Virus record (IMG/VR): IMGVR_UViG_3300021963_000022
Length of the DNA: 64,000 nucleotides
Origin: a virus
Taxonomy: Duplodnaviria; Caudoviricetes
Reading direction: 5' to 3' (one strand)
The number at the start of each line of letters is the position of its first letter. Within the stretch, counting starts at the first letter, position 1. This document shows, in pieces, positions 45,302 to 57,300 of the stretch. Both the position numbers and the translations under genes were made by a program. Under the pieces are notes generated by a model, which had not been told where the DNA came from, did not search any database, and saw nothing but the letters and a program-made list of their open reading frames with translations.

Positions 45302-48300
45302 TTACTTAGTAATACCGAAGTGGTTGTAACCATTTGATACTGTGCCAGCAGATATACCTACTGCAGTAATTATAGGTCTTATTGGACGGTTGTCATTGAA
45401 TCCCCATTCATATAATACATTGTTAGGATCAACTAACAATGTATTATTAAAGTTAGCTGATACTTGTGTCCAAGATGATGAGCCAATTTGAGTAGGTATA
45501 CTGTACATATTAGGTGGTACAAGTGATTGATTATTACCTATTTGTACCGGGCTTGATCTACTAATTCTATCGTTCACCCCAAGCTGTCCACTATTATTTA
45601 GACCCCATGTAGCCATTTTACCATCAACTATAATCAATCCTTGACTTGCATTATTACTAACGGATAATATTGGACTAACATAAGTACCTATTTGCACAGG
45701 GGCACTACGGGGTACCTGATCACCTAATCCAAGTTGACCACTAGCATTAATACCCCAACCAAATAAGTAACCATCACTACGTATACCTAATTGATATCCG
45801 TTTTGCGTTGAAATATTAGTCCAGCTATCAGATGTTGTAGGTAAGAATACTGGACTTGTGGCAGCTAATACGGAATCAATACCTAATTGACCTGTACTAT
45901 TATTTCCCCATGTGTACAATCCATATAATAAATCAAGACCTGTAGTAGAGGCGCTGCCGGCTGATACCATAGCCCAACTACTTGTACCAATTTGTACTGG
46001 ACTACTACGATTTGAAGTATTAGCATCACCTGTTTGTCCGTTTGAATTCAGTCCCCATGCAAATAACAATTTATCACTGCGTATTCCTACCGTATGATTA
46101 AAACCAGAACTAACAGATGTCCAGCTAAATGCACCAAGTTGTACAGGGCTACTACGCCAACTTATATCATTTAATCCTAGCTCGCCAGAATTGTTTCCTC
46201 CCCAAACGTACAATAGTCCAGTTGAGGTAATTGCGGCTGTGTGGCTCCATCCTGCTGAAATAACACTCCAGCTACTACTACCGATCTGTACCGGACTACT
46301 TCTAGATAATTGTGCATTATCACCTATTTGACCATTAGTACCTAGACCCCACATAAACAATGCGCCATCACTTCTTATGGCTCCACGTCCTCTATTAGAA
46401 ATACTGAGCCATGTACTACCCGTTGCAATTTGCACTGGACTATTTCTGGATATTACATTATTTTGTGCTAACTCACCATTTGTGTTTGCTCCCCAAGCAA
46501 ATAGTCTATTAGTAGCATCAAGAGCCAAAAAGGCAGCACCACCTAGTGCTGATGCTACTGATATCCAACTACTTGTACCAACTTGTACTGGACTACTTCT
46601 GTTAACTGAATCACCTAATCCCAGTTGACCTGAATCATTAGAACCCCAACTCCATAATGTACCATCACTACGTATTGCAGCCATTGATGAAGTGCCGACA
46701 GATACCTGAGTCCAACTACTTGTACCAACTTGTACTGGACTACTACGATGTATTGTATTATTTAATCCTAATTGGCCTTGTATGTTTTGGCCCCACATAA
46801 ATAGCGCACCATCACTACGAATGGCTGCACTTGTAAGGCTATTTATATTAACTTGACTCCAGCTAAACGCAGCTGGTTTACTTGTATTGGTTAAGTAAGT
46901 TTGTTGTATTTGGGCACTAGTAAATGAGTTAACTTGTACAGGGCTACTTCTATGAATTACTGATCTATCACCTAGTTGACCATTAGAGTTGCCACCCCAA
47001 GTAAACAATAAATTGTTTGAATTAATAGCTCCTACGGTAGAACCACCTGCACTAACCATAGTCCAGCTTGCACCAATTTGTACTGGACTACTTCTACTTA
47101 ATTGTGCATTATCACCTATTTGACCAGTAGTACCTAGACCCCATACAAACAATCTCTTGTCTACTGTCAATGCTGTGTTGTAAGAGTTACCGGCACTAAC
47201 TTGTGACCAGCTACTTGTACCAATTTGAATAGGTACTGATTTACTAATAATAGTATTATCACCTAATTGACCATTAGTACCTAATCCCCAAGCCCATAGT
47301 GTATTATCACTACGTATGCCAATTGTTGTGGCTGCACCTGCACTAATTGCATTCCATGATTCAGTTACCGATCGGACAAACATCGGGCTACTTCTAGCTC
47401 CTATTGTTTCACCTAATCCAAGTTGTCCACTAGAATTTTGACCCCAAATATAAAGTTGTTTATTTGTAAATGAGATTGCCATAATTACTCCAGGATTAGT
47501 TCCTGAACTAACTTTTGACCAGGTGCTTGTACCAATTTGTACAGGACTACTACGATGCACTGTATCATTTAATCCTAATTGACCGTTAGTATTAAGTCCC
47601 CAAGCCCATAATGTGTTATCCGCTTTTATAGCAGAAGTTGACCAAGCTGAGCCAGCAGATACACTTGTCCAACTACTTGTACCAACTTGTACCGGGACAA
47701 GCGCACTGGAGGAGTTGCCGGTGCCAAGAGCGCCAAACACGCCAAAACCACAAGCCCATAGCGAGCCGGTGGTTTTTATAGCCATAAAATATCCTGCACC
47801 AGACGAGACTTGTTGCCAATTAGTATCAGTACCAACTTGTACTGGGCTACTGCGTGGGATACCAGACTGATTTTGACCGAGCGCGCCGGATGCCGCATCT
47901 CCCCAAGACCATAATGTTCCATCTAAGCGTATGCCGTACATATTTGTACTGCCATCTGGGCTGCCTGCACTGATTTGGGACCAGCTACTTGTACCAACTT
48001 GTACAGGACTACTACGATTTATTGTATCATTTAAACCTAATTGACCAGTAGCGTTATTTCCCCAACTAAATAATGCACCATCAATACGTAAGGCGGCTGC
48101 TATTCCAGTTCCTGCATTAGTACTTCCAGTTCCTCCTGAAATCATAGTCCAGCTACTTGTACCAACTTGCACTGGACTACTGCGATGTTCTCGGTCATTT
48201 AAACCAAGCTGTCCATTGACATTAGCTCCCCAACTCCATAACGTGTTGTCTATACGAATTGCATAGGTTGCTCCATTACCGACAGATACCTGAGTCCAAC

Positions 48301-51300
48301 TACTTGTACCAACTTGTACCGGGCTATACACAGCAGTAATAGAATTTAGCCCTAATTGACCATAATTATTCAGACCCCATATAAATAACGCACCATCATT
48401 ACGTATTGCTGCCAATGTTCCGAGATTGCCGCTTGCACTAATTTGTGTCCAACTAAACCCAGTTTTACCTGTATTAGTAAGATATGTTTGTTGTATTTGT
48501 TCAGTAGTAAACGTACTAATTTGTACAGGGCTACTACGATTAGCAATAGTACCCAATCCTAGCTGGCCTGATCCGCCTGCTCCCCAACCATATAATAAGT
48601 TAGCAGAAGATATACCAAATGTAGTAAGGTCTGTAGTAGTTGTTATACCACCTGCACTAATTTGTGTCCAACTACTTGTACCAACTTGTATCGGGATACT
48701 ACGATGTAATGTATTATTTGAACCCAAATTACCATCATCATTATCACCCCACGTGAACAATAAGCCATCACTACGAATAGCTGCCACATGACCGGCAGAT
48801 GCTGTTGCTTTAGTCCAACTATATGCAGTAAATGTATTGGCAGCTGTATTACCCCAACCATACAATTTGTTATTTGTCTGTATACCTACATTATGATAAT
48901 AACCTGCACTAATTTTACTCCACGCATCAGTACCGATCTTTTTAGGCATTGAAACGTAACTTGCAATTTGTACTGGACTACTACGATGTAGCATATCATT
49001 TAAACCCAATTGCCCAGAGTTATTGTCACCCCATCCATATAATAATATATTCCCATCATGTGTACCAATGGTAGAAGTGCTGCCAGCAGAGATAAAAGAC
49101 CAACTACTAGTACTTATTAATGTTGGAGTACTACGATTCACTGTATCATTTAAACCTAATTGACCATAGCCATTATTTCCCCATGCATATAATAATTTGT
49201 TACTTGTTCTACCAACCATAAACGAAGTACCAACTGATATTTGAGACCAACTACTAATGCCAACTTGTACTGGAATACTTCTGGAAAAAACAGTATTGTT
49301 ACCCAATTGACCGCTACTATTAGCTCCCCACGTGAACAATAAGCCATCACTACGAATTGCTGCCGATGCGTAAAGACCTTGCATTGATATTTGGTTCCAA
49401 GAATCATTCGCAGTACGGATGAAAACTGGGCTACTACGATTTATTGAATCATTTAAACCAAGTTGTCCGATATTGTTATTTCCCCAACTAAATAGTTGTT
49501 TGCTAGTATTTTCTATAGCTACTATATGGTCAGCTAGTCCATTAATGTTGAACCAACTACTTGTGCCAACTTGTACAGGACTACTACGATGTATCCTATC
49601 ATTTAAACCTAATTGACCGTTAGTATTACTACCCCACGCCCACAATGTATTGTCGCTTCGTATGGCTAGTGTCTGAAGTACTCCTGAAGCAACTGATGTC
49701 CAGCTACTTGTGCCAACTTGCACTGGACTACTTCTGTTAAAAATATCATTTAAACCAAGTTGTCCGGTAGTGTTAAGTCCCCAAGTCCATAAATTATTAT
49801 TAGACGATATTGCTGCCATAGCCGAGTGACCAACTGACACTTGAGTCCAGCTACTTGTACCTATTTGAGTTGGACTACTACGATGTATCCTATCATTTAA
49901 TCCTAGTTTTCCATCAGCATTACTGCCCCATGTAAACAATATACCATTGATACTCAATGCAGCGGTAGCACCATTATTAGCTCTAACTTGAGTCCAGCTA
50001 CTTGTACCAACTTGCACCGGACTACTTCTGTGTATAATATCATTTAAACCAAGTTGTCCGATATTGTTATTTCCCCAACTAAATAATGCACCATCACTCC
50101 TTATTGCAGACACACAATATTGACCGGCTGCAACAATTGTCCAACTACTAGTACCAATTTGTACAGGACTACTACGATTTATTGTATCATTTAAACCAAG
50201 TTGTCCGATATTGTTAAGTCCCCAAGTCCATAATGTACCATCAATGCGTACAGCGTATGCAAATTCTTCTGCTCCGACTGACACTTGAGTCCAACTACTT
50301 GTACCAATTTGTACTGGGCTAGATTTATTAACTGTAGTATTGTCTCCTAGACCACCCCAAAAGCCTAAACCCCACATAAACAATGCGCCATCACTTCTTA
50401 TGGCTCCGGTAGTAACAGCCCCACTAGTTCCATTAGCACTTATTGATGTCCAACTATAGGTTGATGATCCTGTATTTGTTAAGTATGTATTTTGTTGTTC
50501 AAGGGTGGTTATTGATGTGACTTGCACTGGACTAGATATATTATTGCTGTTTGATCCGATACCCAATTGTCCATTTGTATTGTTACCCCAAGCCCAAAGT
50601 GTACCGTCACTTTTTATGGCACTTACTCCGTAGGATGACCAACGACTATCAATCATTATCCAGCTGCTTGTACCAACTTGTACAGGACTACTTCTGTTAA
50701 ATCCACTTGTGGGCGCATTTATGCCTAACTGTCCGTAAAGATTAGTACCCCAAGTCCATAAACTACCATCATTGCGTATAGCACCGTTTCCACCTACTAT
50801 AGTCCATGAATTATCTGTACCAATTTGTGTTGGACTACTACGATGTATCCTATCATTTAAACCCAGGTTTCCATTAGTATTAAGTCCCCAAGCCCATAAT
50901 GTACCATCACTACGTATTGCAGTAGTCCAAGATTCGGCAGTATTAACCATAGACCAGCTACTTGTACCAACTTGCACTGGACTACTTCTGTTAAAAATAT
51001 CATTTAAACCAAGTTGTCCGATATTGTTAAGTCCCCAAGTCCATAATGTACCATCACTTTTTATACCAGTAAATTTACTACTTTCATTAGTTAAACTAGT
51101 CCATGACGATGTGATATCATTAGTTAATAGATAGTTAGTTAACGTTTGTAAACTATCATAAACCCATGGTTGATATTGCAATCCCCAACCATATAGTGAG
51201 TTATCAGATGCAATAGCTAGTGAGTGTACATTACCTGCACTGATTTGTGACCAACTGCTACTACCAATTTGTGTTGGACTACTACGATTTGAGCCGCTAT

Positions 51301-54300
51301 TATCTACTTGATATGAACTATTGTTACCCCAACCAAATAATTGATTAGTACTAGTTAATGCAAGAACGTGATTTACACCTGCACTAACTTGTGACCAACT
51401 ACTAGCACCAATTTGTGTTGGGCTATTTATGTATGGTGTTGCACCAAGTTGTACAGGACTACTACGAGGTTCTAACCAACTACCTGATATAGTTACAGGG
51501 TTAAACGGTATACCTAATTGGCCATAATCATTGGCACCCCAGAAATATGCTCTACCATCAGTAGTGATACCACCTACTGTTCCAGCGCCGGCATTAACAA
51601 CAACCCAATTACTTGTACCTACTAGTACTGGGGTACTACGATGTACCTGATCACCTAATCCGAGTTGTCCACCAGTATTAAATCCCCAAGTAAATAGTTT
51701 TCCATCGGATCTAACAGCGGTTGACATCGACATTCCAGCACCAACACTTATCCAAGAATCATTCATTGAGCGAATGAATACCGGGCTACTTCTGCTTGTT
51801 AAGTTTAATGTACCTAACTCACCGATAGTACCGTTACCCCAAGTAAACAATGCGTTACCTGTATCGGCTGCAGTAATACCTAACACGTTAGTAAGGCCAG
51901 TTACCATTGTCCAGCTAGTTGAACCAATTTGTAAAGGTGTTAATTTAGAAGTATTAGTACCATCACCGAATGTTCCATATGTATTGTTACCCCATGCAAA
52001 TAGTAAACCATCACTTCGTATTGCCAAAAACCCCATAACAATTAAACCAATTGTAGTCCAAGAATCTGCTACTGAACGAATAAATACTGGGCTGGATCTA
52101 GAAACAAGAAAACCGTTACCCATTTGACCATTGGAATTGCTGCCCCAAGTAAACAGTTGTCTATTTTGATCAAGTGCGGTTATCGCAGTACCTGCATTAA
52201 CGGTAGTCCAACTACCTGTACCTGTAGTAAGAGTAGGGCTATAATAATAAGTTGCTCCTAAGCTATCACCCATTTGGCCTGCGGTGCCCAAGCCCCACAT
52301 ATATAGTAAATTATTACTTATACCAGCTGTGATTGTACTTGCAGTTACTACACTCCAACTACTTGTACCAATTTGTACTGGACTACTACGATGTTGTGTA
52401 GAATCCGGAGTTCCTAACACACCATTAGTACCTGCACCCCATGTGAATAATGAGCCTCCACTACGTATAGCTACTGTCCATGAGGCACCAGATGCTACTT
52501 GAGTCCAACTACTTGTACCAATTTGTACTGGGTTACTACGATGTTGAGTAGTACCATCACCTAGTTGTCCAAATGTGTTTACTCCCCATGCATATAGTGC
52601 ACCAGTTGTACGTATAGCAGTACTTACATTACCTGCAAAATAAACTTTTGACCATGTGTTTTCAGTACCAATTTGTACTGGGCTACTACGATGTATCCTA
52701 TCATTTAATCCCAGTTGACCTAAATCATTAAAACCCCAACTCCATAATGTACCATCATTACGAACACCTAATATTGTACCGCCGGATGCGTAGTAGTTAG
52801 GGCCTGTTGCAACAGCAGTCCAGATGCTTGCACCAATTTGTGTTGGACTACTACGATGTATCCTATCATTTAATCCCAGTTGACCTGAATCATTAGAACC
52901 CCAACTCCATAATGTACCATCACTACGTATTGCAGCCGTTGTTCGTTCAAATGTTGCTACTGTCAACCAACTACTTGTACCAACCTGTACAGGACTACTT
53001 CTGCTTTGTACATCATTTAGTCCTAATCCACCATAAAATCCTTGGCCCCATGCAAACAATAATCCGTCATTACGAATAGCAAACGTTGTATCTTGATTAG
53101 TTACTACAGTAGACCAACTGTAGCCAGTCTTACCTGTTTTTGTCAAATATGCCTGTTGTTCTGCAGGTGAAGTGAACGAAACAATTTGTACAGGGCTTGT
53201 TCGTGCATTAATAGATGAATCACCCAATGCGCTGCCTGATGGTTGACCCCAAGTGAACAATGCACCATCACTACGTATAGCACCAGTTGCGGTGGCATTC
53301 ACACCTACGGCCACAGTAGTCCAATTACTTGTACCAATTTGTACTGGGCTACTACGATGTTGAGTAGTACCATCACCTAGTTGACTGGCGCCGCCATACC
53401 CCCATGCAAATAATTTACTATCAGTTCGTATTGCAAGTGTGGTATTAATTTCTGCTGACACCAGTGTCCAACTGTTACCTGTACCTACTTGTACTGGGCT
53501 ACTTCTAGCAATAATATCGTTTACTCCAAGCTGACCATAATTATTCAGACCCCAACCATATAACTTACCATCCAGTGTAATAGCAAAGGTAGATGTAGCA
53601 ATCCCCCCTATAGATGGCACAAATGACCAACTACTTGAACCAATTTGAACTGGACTACTACGATGTACTAGGTCATTTAAACCTAATTGACCATTTGTAT
53701 TGCTTCCCCAAATAAATAACAATCCGTCACTTCTAATAGCGTAAGTATGACTAACACCAGCAGCAATACCACTCCAATTACTTGTGCCAACTTGCACCGG
53801 ACTACTTCTGTGTATAATATCATTTAAACCAAGTTGTCCGGTAGTATTAAGTCCCCATGCAAATAACTTACTATCGCTACGAATAGCAAATGAATTAGAG
53901 TAACCTGCACTTACTTTAGTCCAGCTCAATGTTCTAGGTTTACCTGTACTAGTTGACCAAGCAATTTCATCAGCTAATGTAAACAATGATGTTATTATAA
54001 CAGGGTTTTCGAATATACCTCCACTACCATTTGTACCTAATTGCCCATTGGCATTGTTACCCCAACCATATAAAACATTGTTATTGTCTAACGCAAGAAC
54101 GTGATTTACACCTGCACTAACTTGTGACCAACTACTAGCACCAATTTGTACTGGACTACTACGATGTACCTGATCACCTAATCCGAGTTGTCCACCAGTA
54201 TTATTTCCCCATGACCATAGTGTTTTATTGTCATGTATTGCTAGTGTAAAATTGACACCTTGTGTAACTTGGTACCAATTATGCGTAGTTGCATTTACCT

Positions 54301-57300
54301 GCACCGGGCTACTAGTATTTACTACACTGTTAATACCTAATTCACCAACTGTATTACCGCCCCATGCATAGATATAACCGTTACCATTACTATTGTCTTG
54401 TATTATTCCCATGCGTCCAGCAACCATAGTCCAACTACTTGTACCAATTTGTACTGGGCTAGATTTATTAACTGTAGTAGTGTCTCCTAGACCACCATAC
54501 GTGTTGTTACCCCATGCAAATAATGCGCCATCACTACGAATTGCAGAGACTACATATGCACTAACAATATTACCAGATTGACTTGAACTAACCATAAGCC
54601 AACTACTTGTACCAATTTGTACTGGGCTACTTCTATTTGTAGTGTCATTGATACCCAATTGGCCTGTGGAATTATCTCCCCAAGACCATAATTTATTATT
54701 AATATCAATACTAAAAGCGTTACTAAAACCGGCGGCTAACTTCTTCCATTTACCTGTACCAATTTGTACCGGGCTACTGCGATGCACGGTGTCATCTTCA
54801 CCTAATTCTCCTACTGCATTATCACCCCATGACCATAATGTTCCATCTAATCTTATACCATATGAGGATGAGTCTAATCCAGCTACTGCAGAAGTCCAAA
54901 ATAAATTACCAATTTGTACTGGGCTACTGCGAGCCACAACAGTATTATCTCCTACTTGACCAATAGTATTGGCTCCCCATGCAAACAATCTGCCATCAAC
55001 AGTAATACCCACAGGAGTAAGATTTCCTGCAGAAATAACATTCCAGAGACTTGTACCAACTTGTACTGGACTACTTCTAAGTACGGCGGTTGTATTTGCA
55101 CCTAATGCACCGACTGAATTATCAGATCCCCATGACCAGAGTGTTCTGTCACTACGTATGGCAAACAAAAATCCACGTCCAGCACTAAGTGCAGTCCAAC
55201 TACTTGTACCAACTTGTACTGGACTACTGCGATGTACTAGATTATTTGTACCTAACTGACCATATGTATTACTACCCCAAGTCCATAAACTACCATTACT
55301 TCGTATACCTGCTGCAGTTTGTGTTCCATCTACCGGCGTACTAGAGCCTGATAGATATGTCCAACTTAATAAATCTTTACCTAACTGTATTGGCTGTGAT
55401 TTAGATATAATATTGCTGTCTCCTAATACGCCAGAGTCACCTTGACCCCACAACCATAGTGTATTATCATTTCGTATACCTGCAATGTGCAATGAATTAG
55501 GAGTTCCTATACCTATACCTGTCCAAGAATCATTCATAGAACGAATAAAGACCGGTGATGATCTATGCGTTGTGTTGTTCTCCCCTAGTTGTCCGTTGGT
55601 GCCAGTGCCCCATGTAAATAATTGCCCTGATGAGTCAATACCCACACTAGTTGATCCTCCACCAGGTACTAGACTCCAACTACTTGTAGTAATTTGTTGG
55701 GGAATCGTTGTAGTACCCGGAACTGATAGACCATTTGCGCCATTATTATACAGCCCCCATTTAAATAATAATCCATCACTCCGTATAGCAGAGTACAAAT
55801 TATCACCTGCACTTACGTATGTCCATGAATCTTTACCTGAAATAATGAATACTGGGCTACTACGTGAAATACTATTACCTTCGCCTACATATTGTCCAAG
55901 GCCCCAAGACCATAACATACCATTACTGTCAATAGCGGCAGCAAATCCACCTACCATATTCCAACTGTTAGCACCACCAATTTGTACTGGGCTACTACGA
56001 TGTTGAGTAGTACCATCACCTAATTCTGATTGTCCATTATATCCCCACGCCCATAATGACCCATCTATTCGTCTTCCGTACATAGCAGGGTAACCACCGT
56101 TAACTTGAGACCATAAATTTGTACCAATTTGAACTGGACTACTACGAGATACTATGTCATTTAAACCTAATTGGCCATATGTATTATCACCCCAAGTAAA
56201 TAATCTGTTATCTGAAGTAATACCCGAGCTAGCATTAATGTAACTGTTTATCATAGTCCAGCTACTTGTGCCAACTTGCACTGGACTACTTCTGTGTATA
56301 TTATCATTTAAACCAAGTTGTCCGGTAGTGTTAGTTCCACATGCCCATAAACTACCATCATTGCGTATAGCCAGGGATACATATCCTATAGCGGAGACCA
56401 TGATCCAGCTACTTGTACCAACTTGCACTGGGCTACTACGCCAATTTGTATCATTTAATCCCAATGAACCGAGACCGTTATATCCCCAGGCCCATAGTGA
56501 TCCGTTATTTTTAATAGCCAGAGCCTGAAAGCCACCACTAACATGTGTCCAATTATAATCTGTACCAACTTGTACTGGACTACTTCTATGAACTTTATCG
56601 TTTAATCCCAGTTGTCCGTATGTATTATCACCCCATGTCCATAAACTACCATCATTACGAATTGCAAATGTAGAACCATTGCCTAATATTGCCGTAGTCC
56701 AACTATCTGTACCAATTTGTACAGGACTAGACCTGCTGTTAGTGGAGTTTATACCTAACTGACCATATGTATTACTACCCCAGGCAAATAATTTACCATC
56801 ATTACGTATAGCTAACTTATTGGCTGAGCCACCATTTATATATACCCAACTAGTTCCAGTTGAACCTATTGTAGTTAAATATGAATTATATGAAACTGTT
56901 AATGGAGATGTTGTTAGTGCAGTAATTTGTACTGGACTACTTCTTGATATACCATAACCATCGCCAATATACGTTCCAAGGCCCCATGTGTATAATTCGC
57001 CCCCCGTGGTTATTCCCATAGTCATGTTTTTACCACTAGTAATCATAGCCCAACTATCTATACCAATTAGTACAGGACTAGACCTGCTGATAGTGGAGTT
57101 TATACCTAGTTGCCCGTTTGTATTACTACCCCAGGCAAATAACGCACCACTGACAGTTATACCGGCCATCATGTCGGTGCCAGCACTAACCATAAGCCAA
57201 TTACTTGTACCAACTTGTACTGGACTACTACGATGTACCTGATCACCTAATCCGAGTAGTCCACCAGTATTATTTCCCCATGACCATAACTTTTGATTTG

